Assembly: GCA_965112735.1 (NCBI GenBank)
Contig: OZ218964.1
Location: forward strand, 186,001-250,000
Length of the DNA stretch: 64,000 nucleotides
From: Phaeosaccion multiseriatum
Lineage: Eukaryota > Protista > Ochrophyta, other classes
Reading direction: 5' to 3'
Of this stretch, positions 1 to 12,500 are shown one piece after another. Position 1 is the stretch's first letter. Each line of letters begins with the position of its first letter. Under the pieces are notes generated by a model that saw nothing but the letters and a program-made list of their open reading frames with translations, was not told the DNA's origin and made no database searches. A program made the translations under genes and the position numbers.

Positions 1-178
1 CCGATTACTCTTCACGTGCGGTTCGTTCTCACACAGCACGCGCCCCCACAACCTGCCCCCCCCCCCCCTTCTCTGTCTCGCTCTCTTCTCTCTTTCTCTT
101 TCGCGTTCTCTTTCTTTCTCTGTCTCTCTCTCTGTCCTCTCTTTCTCTTTCTCGCTTTCCCCTCTCCCTCTCTCTCAG

Positions 179-2048
179 CCTCGGACTTCCCGCTGCTCAG
201 CCAGGACGAAATGGCAGAGGTGTTGGGAAGCGTCATGGACAGCCGACTCAACTTCCTCACGGTGGGTGGGTGGGAGAGGGAGGCAAAGCATAAAAAAGGC
301 TTGCATACATACAGGCAGGCATGGACCTGGGATGAGACGGTGTGGTACCTTCGCTCTCGTGTGGAGCCCGTCATGCCGACCCTTTGACTTCACTTGACTT
401 TACATGTCCTCAACCATCCCCACACCGCACCCACGACCTACGCCCCCAGGGCGGTGTGATTGAGTTCGAGCGAGAGTTCAACCGAATCACCGGTTACAAT
501 GATGACGAGGCCGTTTTCATGAACGACCCGCCCCACAATCAGGTTCGCTCGGTTAGGGGCTCGGTTCGGGTTCGGTTCGGTTAGCCACCCATTTGCTGAC
601 CTTAATGCTTCATGAGGATCTAATAGCGTTGGGGTCAGTGCCAGTGTCAGTGTGTGCGTGAGCTTCAGCTCTTTAGCAAACATGCTCCGGTCTAGCCAGG
701 AGGAGGAGGAGGAGACTCACTCGCCCCTCGCATGTGCACATCTTTATAAACGCCGTATTCCTTCTCTGTCCCCCTGTGCTCTGTGCTTCACTTTCCTGCT
801 TGCCCCACATGCCTTTCTCTCCCCTCGCTCGTCCCTCTCGGCTCCGGGCAGATCGACCTCATCAAGGTCCACAACGGGAACAACAAACACATCTTCCGAA
901 GAGACGTACCCAACCTCTTCCAAATCTACAAGGGGGAGTTCTGGGTGCTGCTGCATAGGAGGTACGTGTGTGCGTGGGTGCGTGGGTGCTTTTGTGGGTG
1001 CGTGTGTGCGTGTGCGTGTGTGCGTGTGCGTACGTGCGTGCACGGTGGGGGGTAGATGAGCATTCATTGCCTGACGTCGGAGGGAGCAGAGCAGGGAGCA
1101 TGCGAGGTGCGGAGGAAGAGATCGTTTATCTGTGTCATCGATGGGCGAAGGCGAACGTCAAAATGTCGTGGAGAGAGGGGTGGGAGGCCGGGGGATAGCG
1201 GTTTGCATCATGGAGAGAAGTGGACGCGCAAAGGAACAACGTACCACACGTCCAATCCTTCCTTGCTGCTGCTGGTGGTGGTGCTGCTGCTACGTGCTGC
1301 GTGCTCAATATACCCCTGCCTCACCCTCCGCCTCCTCCTTGAACGCTCGCTCCCTGCCTGCCTGGCAGTCTCGCCGAGTACTCCATCCGATCGCCCGATG
1401 GCGTGGCCCGGCAGCTCTTCGCGTACTTCGCGTCCATGCGCATCTGTGACGAAAGCTACTTCCAGACCGTCGTCTGCCATCCCAAGTAAGATCGATGAGG
1501 CGGAGGAGGACGAGGAGGAGGGACGATTGTCCCGAGGAAGGGCGTGCAGTCTCTCGCGTCCTCCTCCCCCTCCTCTCCTCCTCCTCCTCCTCCTCCTCCT
1601 CATGCATCATCATCATGATCTTCCTCCTCCTCCTCCTCCTCCTCCTCCTCCTTCTCCTTCTCCTCCCGCCCTCCTCCTGCCCCCCCCCCCCCCCCCCCCC
1701 CTTAATTCCTCCTCCTCATCAGCGCTCCTGCCGAGTTCCCTGTCCTGGGTAACTGCCTGCGGTACGTCAATTGGCCTCCGAGAATCCCCGGGCAGCCCCG
1801 GCCACACCCCTCCCCCATTGAGTCGAATCAAGTGGACGACATCCTGGCCACGGGCATGCTTTTTGCACGCAAGTTTGACTACAGCACCGCGGATGGGCGG
1901 GCCGCCGTCGATAAAGTAGAGGTGAGAAGGCGAGGGCCGAGTGAGGTAACGGGTGGGTAGTGGAGACTCACAGGTCCAGACCCACCCGCCGCCCATGCGT
2001 GGTGTGAAACAAGGGGCAGGTGATGGAAGGGAGGAACTCTTGAAGAGG

Positions 2049-2079
<31 letters not shown>

Positions 2080-2296
2080 GCTCTTGACTCCCTGGCGCCC
2101 TTGCCCCCGCTCTTCTGTTGCTCCGTTGCTGCATCTCCAGAAAAACATCAAGGACAAGTCGCAGCGTAAGAAGCGAATCGCGCGCACGCTGGAGCACATC
2201 CTGCCAGCGATTGAGGCAACAGACAAGTTCAGCTACTGCAACGCATCGGGGGAGTACACCTCAGTGGGCGCCCAGGGTATTGGCACTTGGCCCTAA
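179..2296 (+). CDS. Glycosyltransferase family 14 (core-2/I-branching / xylosyltransferase-like), 5' partial; exons 179-261, 450-542, 852-961, 1369-1485, 1723-1921, 2141-2296
   Basis: Hand-spliced GT-AG exons join in frame and give the GT14 motifs in order: ASDFPL, YKGEFWVLLHR, DESYFQT, NCLRYVNW..HP, LFARKFD. Stop TAA at 2294-2296. Confidence 0.85.
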
Positions 2297-2924
2297 CGTG
2301 CACTTGCTTGAGCCTAAGGAAGCACTTGTATCCTATGACTTCGGCTCCTTTGATTCCTCACTCGTCCCATTGGGCATACACCCCCACTCATTGTTGGTGC
2401 TTTGCGCTTCGCATCTCTCTCAGCCCGGCGCTATAGCCTCCCTCCACACTCACGCACTGTGACCCTACTGCTGCCGCTCGGCATCCAGAGCCCGTGTGGG
2501 GCAGCAGTGGCAGCTGCAGGAAGGAGGTGCACCCTCAGGGGCAGCAGCTGTTGGTGACGCAGTTGGTGACTCAGTTGGTGGTGAAGCAGCACGAGGAGTA
2601 GGAGGAGGAAGAGGAGGGGAAGAAGACGAAGAAACGAAGAGGCAGAGGAAGAGAGTCGGAGGACGAAGAACAACGAAAAAACAGTTGGTTCCACCACCAC
2701 CACCAGGGCCATGAATTTGGAACCCAAACTTTTTCTGTAACCTTCAACCTTCACTTCCTTTCTTTTTTTTCTTTCTTTTTTAGAGCTGGGGGGGAGGAAG
2801 GGGAGCAGGAGAAGCGCTGGAGGAGAGGAAGGGGAGCAGGAGGAGCGCGCAGAGGAGGAACAGAGACAGGAACGGCGGCAGGAAGAGAGGAGGAATTGAG
2901 GCAGGAACGGGGTTCCTTGTCACA

Positions 2925-4294
2925 ATGGATGACGACGAGCAGCCAATGCTGCAAGAGTCCGTAGAGGAGTTCATGTCTTCAATGGACGCGGGTGAAATCA
3001 CTTTCCCGTCGAGATCAGCAACAGCGCCTGTCGGCAAGGACACGCGACCAAAGAAACTGTGGGGGGTGGTAAGGGAGAAGGCTGGGGGCCTTTTGTCACC
3101 GAAGAGAAAGCAGCAGAAGAAGCAGCAGCGGCAGGAGGAGGATCAGGAGCAGGAGCAGGAAGTGGAAGAGCACAGGCAGCAGCATCATGTTGAGGCAGGG
3201 ATTCTTTCCGAGGAGAGAGGGCCAACAGAGGCAGCAGCTCTGCACGAGGGACAAGTTCTACTCGACGGTGGCTTCCTCTCACCCGTCTCTCTTTTGTACA
3301 TGGGGGTCTTTCTGAATGGCGTGGGCGCTGAACTTGCAGGGTGAGAGCAAGATGTACATGGCTAAGTCGGTGCAGCCTACACCTGAAAATTGCTGACGCC
3401 CCCCCTCTCTCACTTGCACTTGTCCTTGTTCTACTACGCAGGTATAGCCCTTTGCAGAAGCGAAGCAAGGCGAAGAACGTAGTTCGGGAGCATGTGCTCG
3501 CTTCCACGAATCCTCTCACTGCAGGAAGCAAGTACATTGTAAGGGTCGGTTCTACTTTGGTCATCTTCTTTCTCGTTGACTCTCGAAATAGAGTTTACTC
3601 GTGCTTGGCAGCGGCGGATTACCCGCGACCACTTGCCTTCGCGATGCTCGAAGAACTTCAAGTGGCTGGCAGGAAAGAGGTAAGCATTAATTCCACTAAT
3701 TCCCCCAGCCCACCCCCCCGCCGCCCACCCTGCCTCTGTCGACCTGTCCTGCGACTACCCAAAGCACAGGGCCAGAGCACAGACAGAGACCAAAGTATAC
3801 GTCTCTCCCTATGACACTGTCCCGTTCGCCTCCACCCTTCATCTCCCCGCCTCATGCCTTTCCTCTCTCCCCTGTCTCTCTCGGGGGATTGATTTTCCCG
3901 CCCCTCAATCGAACACACGTCACCATGCTAACTGTGTACGTAGGGCTCCTTTTCTCAGATATGCGTCTCCCTCCTGTCTCGATACGAAGAGCTCGGGAGG
4001 TCCATGATGCTTTCCAACGAGAAGCTTGAGAGGGTCTGCAATGTTTCCCATCAAGACGCCACCATCATAGAGCAAGACTACACTTCGGAGCCATCCTTCG
4101 CTATTCTGAAAGAGATTAAGTTGGCAGAGGAGGAGGTCACTGGTGGAAAGGCGGGGCAGCAGCGACACCAACACCACCCTGTCGCGCGGCTGGAACAGAC
4201 CAAGAGTCACGGGACAAGCGTTTTGTTTTGGGTGTCAGGATTGTGCAGCGCAATCGTCTTGGTCCTCCTTGCACTTGCTCTTGGCTTCAAATGA
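2925..4294 (+). CDS. Tail-anchored longin-domain protein (VAMP7/phytolongin-like); exons 2925-3340, 3442-3679, 3959-4294; true start may lie upstream
   Basis: Exons join in frame. Longin-like motif VYSCLAAADYPRPLAFAMLEEL. C-terminal hydrophobic helix VLFWVSGLCSAIVLVLLALALGFK*. Confidence 0.65.
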
Positions 4295-5062
4295 TACAGA
4301 TAGTGTAACAAGTCTCATTGTGCAGAAAATAAAACTTGTCGATTTAGCAAAGAGGGACCTTGCCTGAAGCCCTTGGTCGCTGCCGCCTCTGCTCATCCAC
4401 TGCCATCCCCTTGATCGGAGGATGGCAGCGGATGTCGAAGGACGAGAGACGCAGCATGGGGCATGGTGCCTTTTCCCTTTGGGAGAGGGGTTGGTAGGGA
4501 CCGGAATGGTCGTAGCGTTGAGCGCGTAGACTTGCGCCGTTTCGGTAGCGCCGCTTCCCTCTGTATCAGAGCCCTTTGTAGCCCCCCTCCTCCCTCCCGC
4601 CTCGGGCGAGCGAAGCGAGCACTAAGGAGATTCATGGCACTCACTGCACCACGACTTTCCTCACTAAGCCGCGCGTCTGGGCTGAGATTAGAGGAGGGAG
4701 GAGATCCCTCGGGAAGAGACATGGAGATGAACCCCAGCGGCCCGCCTGCCCGTCGCCCGTCTTCCTCCCGTTTGGTGGCGGTGAGCGCCTTGCCGGCCCG
4801 CCCTCGGATACCGAGTGCAGCAGCGATCAATGCCTCTGCGTGCGCTTTGCTGCCACTCCTGTGCATTCTTGCGGCGATGAGGGGAGTGAGGACGTGGACT
4901 GCCCTCCCTTCATTTCGAGGTTGTCGCTCGTGTGTCCTCTATAGGGCGGTGCTGATGTGAACTGCAACATACGGCAGAGAGCTGCTGCGAGGTGGCATGG
5001 GCGTGGCATGGCATGGGCCAGGCGGAGGGGAATAGCATCTCCATCACCAGCCTCATCGCTCC

Positions 5063-8000
5063 TCACATTGCTCTCGGGGGGAGTGAGTTGTACCTGCTCC
5101 ACGGCCAAAGAATCAGCAGCAGCGAGGGAGATAAGGAGGAGGAGGAGGAGGGGGGGGGGGGGGGGCAAGGCAGTAGGCAGAATCAGCAGCAGCGAGGCAA
5201 CAGCGGCGCACAAAAAGACGCGTCGTGCCCGGCACTTCTCTTTTCTCTATCTATCACACACACACACACACACACACACACAGCACACAAGCACACACAC
5301 GCGCAAGCACTTACGATCTCCCTTTGCAGGCCTGTACCGGTGTGGTGATGCCCATTTCGATCTCCACCTCGGCCCTTGTAGTCATCCACAGCTCCTGCAG
5401 CTGACCGCATACGCCGGGCCTGAGTCGAGTTGGTGGAGGAGAGGGCGAGCGAAGGACAAAGGGTAAGTGGGAGCACAGGTTGGCGGCCGATATACGCTTC
5501 ATTTCTATACAAGCGGGATGGGCTCATGCATGTGGTGTGTGAGTGCGTGTGGAGGGAGGTCCGGTATGGGGTGGAAGAAATTATTGACTTACTTGCGTTG
5601 GCATTGCCAGGGCTTGGGGCACGCGTCAGTGAAGTGCACCGACTGTGGAGGGGGAGAGAGAGGGAGGGAGGGAGGGAGGCAGAGAGAAGAGAGAGAGGAG
5701 CGGGAGAGAAAGGGAGGGGGGGAGAGGAGGGGGGGGGCAAGAGAGAGAAAGAGAGGTAGAGAAAGAACGAACGGGTAGCGCGCAGCAAGGGAGGTGAAGA
5801 ACATGAGACCACAGCGCCTAGTCACATGTCAAATCCTTCGCTGTCCTGCATGAGACGTATCTCCCTCCCTCCCTCTCTCTCTCTCTCTCTCTCTCGTCTC
5901 TCAGTGCGGGACTTGCCTTGATGACGTCAAGGCTGTACTTGTCGTCTCGGCACTCGTCGTTCTGCGCCATGTGGTTGTACACGCAGCGGTCGATCTGTGT
6001 TGCCCAGTAGGGCCGCTTTTTGGTGTAGTAGAACGGCAGTAAGCCCTGTCGCAGCGAGGAGAGAGGCAAGCGTAGACAAAACACATTATTGTCTGGGATG
6101 GAATGATGTTTGGCCCACAAGATAATATATTTATAGTGTATGTATGTGAGGGGGGGGGGAAATTGAAAGCGATTTTCCCGTCTGACCTGGATGGTGGGGC
6201 CGCCGTAGAAGAAGCCGATGCCGCTGCCCTCCCATCCCGTGTTGACTCGCCAGTCCCCCTTCTGCACAAGGGCCACGAGCTCGTCGAACACCTGCCAAGG
6301 CCAAAAGGGGAAGGTGCAAAGGTTCGAACGAAGGTGTGGTGCAAACAGGCCACATTGGAGAGGGGAGGGGATGCATACACACCACACGAGGGGCATCTAG
6401 GGTGTGAGGGAGTGAAGGAGGAGGGAAGGAGGGAAGGAGGGAGAGGGGGCAAACAAACACAAACACGCTGCACTGCACCGTCGGTCTAACCAGGGTGCCG
6501 GCACACGCAATTGACCCGACAGGCAGGCCTTGGGGTGCGTACAGAGCACACGTAAGCGCCCACGTAAGCGCCCACGTAAGCGCCCACCCCTGCCCTCATC
6601 GCTCCCTTTCCCTCGGGTCCAGAAGACTTCCGACTTCCCTGCCCTCCCCCTGCCGGCCACCCCATGCAGGGCGTCCGAATCCTCCCGTCTGCTGTCCCAA
6701 GTTGTTGCCGTCCTCCTCAAGCTCTGTAGTTCTGTGACGGATCACCAGCCCACCCACTTACCCGCATACTGGGCGTGATCACCAGAAAGCCCCCCTGCAC
6801 GGGCTTGGCACGCCCCTTCTTCTTCATCATGGCGTTGTCCGAGGTGTATTGGAGGCTGGAATTGGATGCGAAGAGATCGTCCAATGGCTGCAGCAGTAGG
6901 GTGTCGGCTAAAGATAAACCGAGCAGGCAGGAGGCGTATGGGCAGGCCCAAGGCAGACAGACAGACAGGCAGACAAGCAGGCAGGTAAAGCAGTAAGTAC
7001 CACACGTGGGTAGGGATTGGGTAGGGACAAGAGCAGTAGCAAGCAAGCAAGTACCACTCCTCTTGTCGCTCTGCTGGAGGGGCGAGTGCGGGCGCTACAA
7101 GTAGCCCCCGGGCCAACACCAGATGGCATCAGATGGCATCAGATGGAGCGGAGAGGAAGCGAATGGAATGCGATGGACACTTCTCTCTACACGTATTTCT
7201 CCCCCCCCTCTCTTTCTCTGACTTACCATCCAGATGCACCACTTTGTCGTACTCTGTGAGTGTGTAGGACCACAGCTTAAGCAGCTCAAGCTCTCCACAG
7301 CAGCTGAGGAAACACACACGCGCACACACAGAGGTGCGATGGAGCGTTTTTGAGGTGGGACAAGTGTCGGTAAGTGGGTGGCTGATCGACTGTGAGGTGG
7401 GGCAGATGTCGATAAGTGTGGGTGGGTGTCTGCTTGACTGTGAGGTGGGGAAAGTGTCGATAGGTGGGTGGGTGTCTGACTGATACACCCCTCCGCGTCC
7501 TTCTTGTCTAACTCGGTCCCTTCCTTCTCTCCGGGCATGGCGAACATGCGACTTACCCGCTTTTCACCAAATTCTTGACGTAATACGCGTTCTTAATATC
7601 CTTCACCGCCACCGGCACATCCTTCACTATAGGTCTGGTCATTGCAACAGCAGCACGGGTAGAGGTACACAAGTTGGTCATACAGGCACACGTCGTATAC
7701 GGACTATAGGAGAGGGAAGGGCGGGTAGGGAGGGAGAGGAGCAAAAGAGAGGGAAAAGCAGAGCAGACTCCGAATGGTACGCGGGGCACGACGTCGAGAG
7801 CCCGCGGAAGTCCTCTAGACCGCCCACCCAAAGCCGATGCAGCACCGTGGGCATTCAAAACGCTGCCTCTGCTGTTTCCTTTTGATTTGGTGACAGGAGT
7901 CAGTGTGTGTACGTGCGAGAGAGAAGCTACTTTTGGTGGTGCGATGATGCAACACACCTCCTCCATCACACACACACCCATCCTGTAGGCGGGTAGGCTT

Positions 8001-9025
8001 CAGTGGTGCGATGAGAGGCGGAGGAGACAACACGTTTCCAACTTCCTTCCCCGCAACAGGTCAAACATAACATCCTCCCCTCCTCTCCTCTCCTTCCCTA
8101 AAGCTCTCCTCACCTCCAGCCCATTCTCTCCACCCTGTCCTTGGCCTCTTGGCTGATGGCCGAGTGCACGAATGCCACCTTGTCGCAGAGGTACACAGAC
8201 TTGGCGCACACCTTGTGGATGGACCTGTGACGCCCAACAGAAGAGCAGAGCATCGTCGTCATCGAGGGCCAGGTAAGGACCCCCCCCCCCCCCACACACA
8301 CACGCTCAACCCGCCCCCACAATCCGACAGGCAGCAAACCAACTCCATCTGCATTGTACGTACTTGCTCAGACACGAGAGCCCGTCCACAAAGCCACCGC
8401 GCTCCTGCAACTCGGTGACGGTGACCGCGTAGGCAACTCTTCGAGGCACGTTTCTGTCCACCATACTCTGCACAATCTCCTGCCGCGCCTTCTCCGCCGC
8501 AGCCGCCGCCTCATCGACCGCTATCTGCTGCGCTACTAGGCGCGCCTTGAGTTCGTCAAAAGCTGGTGCAGACTGCCGCCCAAGTCTAGCCACAACAGCA
8601 ACAGTCGGGGCGGAGGTGGTAGACGGCCCTGCAGTACCCCTGGTGTGAAGCGAGAGCCGTGACAGAGCGGGGGGGAGAAGCGAGAAGGCGGCGGGAGCGG
8701 GCAAGCGACCCCCTGCTGGTTAGCCCCAAAAGCAGTGCTTACGATATGTCCTTGGCTTTCTCCTCGCCCCTGCCACAAGCGGCCTCCTTCTAGTGCCTCT
8801 ATACAGCCAGACAGTCCGATTGGGGCGTTAATATTGTAAGTTAAGAATCGTGTACTCCAGCCCTTAACAAGTCACGTACGTGAATATGTCCTCCTCCACG
8901 GCCGGCCTCCAGAAGAGTAGGAGCAGGGAGCACGCCAGCAGCCCTCCCACAACGACTTTGATCATGTAATTCCCACGGCTGAGTGTGTTCGTGGCCCTAC
9001 CCCGCACCTTCCGCTCGCCCGCCAT
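5063..9025 (-). CDS. GT8-like (GT-A fold) type II membrane glycosyltransferase, about 12 exons
   Basis: N-terminus MAGERKVRGR...MIKVVVGGLLACSLLLLFW (basic tail plus signal anchor). Exon peptides: AYAVTVT, CCGELELLKLWSYTLTEYDKVVHLD|ADTLLLQP (DxD), VQGGFLVITP, GWEGSGIGFFYGGPTIQG, HFTDACPKPWQC. Last exon ends SYNSLPPRAM*. Confidence 0.8.
7350..7482. repeat. Intronic minisatellite, three imperfect units of about 41-49 bp (TGAGGTGGG..TGTCG.TAAGTG.GTGG..)
   Basis: Units start at about 7351, 7393 and 7441. Confidence 0.7.
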
Positions 9026-9576
9026 TCCCCTCTTGCTTACGAGCTCTTCATCGTCTTCTTCGCTTCTTTACACAACACCAAGAATGGCTAGCCCTTGCAA
9101 GCTTCCTGCCGCTGCCGCTGTTGCTGCTGCCGCGGTTACAACGTCTTAAACGTGATTGCTTTGGTTGCTGCCGAACATCACAAAAAACCAGCAACGCCTC
9201 GAATCGAATTTACACGCAAACTTTTCTTCTGACCTTGCCCAGGGCGTCCCCTTTGCTTTAGCATAGAGAGGGAGAGAGATTTTCGCTGCTCGTGGTCCGC
9301 TGTGCCTTGGTTGGGCTGTATGCTGGATCATACCTCAAAGCCATGAGAGGTAGTGGGATTCTGGCGTTGGAATGAAGGTTTCTTAGGCGGTCATCGGCGA
9401 AGAAGCAGTCCCGAAGAGCGGGGTGGTCAGGGTAGTCCCGCCATTTTTTTGGGTGTAGTTACCAGATTTGTGGAGCCCCGAGTGCCGGCCGGCAGCACGC
9501 CCTGAAGCAGTAGCGTGTCGTCCTTTCCAAGCTCTGGGTAGACGGCTGCCCGCGCTTTCAAAGGTGCACACAGTCC

Positions 9577-12500
9577 ATGACATTTCAAACCGGCACGGCC
9601 ATTGTGGTCAAGGGGGAAGACAACAAGAGCTTGAGGGAGGCCACGATCACCAAGGTCACAGAGAAGGGCGGCCGCGGGGGTAAGGATGCCGTCTACCAGG
9701 TAAGCGGCAACAGCTGTGGGGTGGGCGGAGATTATTTTCTGGCAAGCGCATCGGAGGAGTGGGGGAACAAGGGGGGGGGGCTGGACGGGGGGCTCGCACC
9801 AGCGCTACCATGTCTTGGACTGTGCTTAGCCTATCGGGGGTGCTCCTTTTGTGGTCGCTGGTGTGGGAAGGGGTAGCACTATTGTGTATGGTGGAGTTGT
9901 GAGGAGGATTACCGTTCGTTGAGAGACGAGCGAGAGATCTTCGCCCCCACCCCCCCTCTTCCCGACTATCTACGTTGTGCTGTGAACTGCTGCGATTCGA
10001 AGTGGCTACGTCCAATGAAAGACGGGTGTGCCGTGGTAGGGATCAGTGGGAGGAGAAGCAGGCAGTTGGGTGGACGAGAGGATCGGGATAGCGTTGGGGC
10101 TCAGCCTATCAATTGTGTATTGTACTCCTGCCTGGGAGGAGACTGTCGTTAGGGTCTCAGCTCACCCATGATCCTGCGCCTCCCTTCGCTCTCTCAGGTG
10201 TGGTACTCAGGCACGCTCAAGGGAGCGGAGGAAGAAGTGGTGGATGGGGACCGCTTGCTAGAGAAGACGCCGGAGGTTGTGGCAAAGCTTGGCAAGCAGC
10301 AGGATGAGGAGGCGAGGAGACAAGCCTCAGCGTCAAAGCCCCGGCGGGCCAGCATTGCAGCGGCCGCCAGCATAAGTCATAGTGCAGCAGCAGCGGGAGA
10401 GGACTCTGGCAATGGCGACGCTGGTAGTGCTAGCGAACCGCCCAAGGGAAGGCCGCCACCCAGAAACAGGAGCAGCAGGGGCTCTTTACCTGGGTCTAGC
10501 AGTAGCACTGCTGCTGTTCCTATCGCTGCTGGTGCTGCTGCTGCTGCTACTAGTACTTCTGCTTCACCTGCTGCCGCCCCCAAGGTGGGAAGACACCCGT
10601 CCTACATCGATATGATCAAGGAGGCAGTGCACCAGTTGCGGGAGCAAAAAGGTAAGGAATCGTTGTTTCCTCCTCATTATTGGCATGTCCCTTCTCGTGG
10701 CATCGTCTTCCTTCTCCCCTCTTGCCCCTTCAGTGCTGCGGCACCGCCTCCCCCCGTTGCTTCACTCGCCTGCCCCTCCTCTGTCGTACCACTCGCGTGC
10801 ATCCCGGTCTCTCTGTCTACTCTGAGCAAAGAAACACCCCCCCCCCCCCCTCATTCCTTTTGGTGTATCACAATAACCACCCCCCCCTCCACCAGGCTCC
10901 TCTCCCCAGAGCATCCAGAAGTGGTTAGCGGCGAGCGAGGAGTGGTCCCCGGCGCTGAACCATCCTAAACTCAAGGTGAACATTGCCAAAGCAATTCGAG
11001 ACGGGCTGTCCTACGGCACTTTCCTTAAGGTACGTCATACCATTGACTGTGGACCAGGAAACGATTGGGTATCGCTCTGTCCTCCCAGTCATGGAGATCT
11101 CGACTCTAGGCCCTCCGTGGCCTGGCCTTGCAGTATGTGGCTCCATTGCCATCTCTCACACACCTTATGCTTAATTGCTTCCTTCTCCCTTTCCTTCTTC
11201 AACCTCTTGCTAAGGTGGGGGCCAACATTCGCCTGTCCCCAGACGCCATCAAGGACTTGAGCAACGCACGGAGGAGAAGGGCAAACGCGGCCAAGTCTGC
11301 CGCAGCGAAGGGCAAGAGCAAGAGGCAGAGAGGCGCTGCTAGGGAGGAAGCAGCAGAGGAGGACGAAGAGCCCAGGGAGGAGGAGGGGGAGGAGGAGCGA
11401 GAGGAGGCCGAGGAGGACGCGACAGGCCCGAATAATAGAGACTTGGAGGCGGATGGGCTAGTAGAGGATAGGGAATTGCTACGGAGGATGAAGAGAGACG
11501 CAGCCACACCAGCAGGGAAGAAGAAGGCTGCGAAGAAGAAGAAGAAGGCAGCTGCTGCAACTGATGCCGCCGCAGCGGCGAATGGGAAGATCACTACCGC
11601 TGAGCAGCCCTTCCCTCCACCGCCACACCGTGACTTTTGGGGAGTGCCCAAGGAGGAGGTTGGCGATTTGTTGATGGTGTGGGACTTCCTCAAGAGTTTG
11701 GGCCCGCTGATGCACATCCCCATCAGCAACTTCTCTCTGGAGGAGTTCCGGAGGGCGCTTGTGTCGAGCAGCTGGGATAAGATGCAGCACTTCACCGCAG
11801 AGCAGGTCAAGGAGGAGCGGAAGAGGAAGCAGCAGCAGCAGGAAGAGGAGGAGAAGGAAAGGAAGGAGAGGGAGGAGAAGGAGAGGGCAGAGAAGGAGAG
11901 GGCAGAGAAGGAAGAGGAGGAAGAGGACGAAGAGGAGGAGCTGAAGGAGGAGAAGGAGAAGGAAGAGAAGGAAACGGAAGACGATAAACAAAAGGAGAAA
12001 GAAGAGGAGGAGCAACCGCAGCAGCTGGAGGAGGAAGAGGATGAAGCGAAGGAGAAGGAAGAGGCGGATGTGAAGGAGGATAAGGAGCAGCGGCACGAGG
12101 AGCAGAAGAAAGACGAGAAAGAGAAGGATAAGAAAGAGGAGGAGGAGATGCAAGAGGATGCGGCGGAGAAAGAAGACGAGGAAGTGCGTGGAGGTGAAGT
12201 GATTGTGGAGGACCTGGGCCCCAAGTCGAATTCGAATGCCAGTGTCGCGGTGGAGAGCTCTATTATTCATGACCCCGCCTTGGCCAGGGAGGCCATCACC
12301 GCTTCCCAAAAGCTGCTGACCACCATCAGCCTGGCCCTCCTCCGAGCACTACTGGGGCGCAAGGCGGACGGAAGCTTCAACCCGGTGGCGACCTTTGACC
12401 CCACCAACGGCGTGACGATGGTGCAGGTGCGGGACTTGCTGGGCGAGGTACTGAACCCTTTAACCTGGCCGGAAGTGCTCCGACTCTACATGGGTGCCCA

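Noticed and set aside
4393-4960. ORFs 4393-4866 (-) and 4463-4960 (+) as an extra gene
   Set aside because: No recognisable motifs or convincing exon structure. They lie between two convergent 3' ends and may be UTR or intergenic, though a small gene cannot be excluded.
6549-7482. Short direct repeats (CACGTAAGCGCC x3; ~45-bp units x3) as a CRISPR array
   Set aside because: Tandem units without unique spacers, inside eukaryotic introns, with no cas genes.
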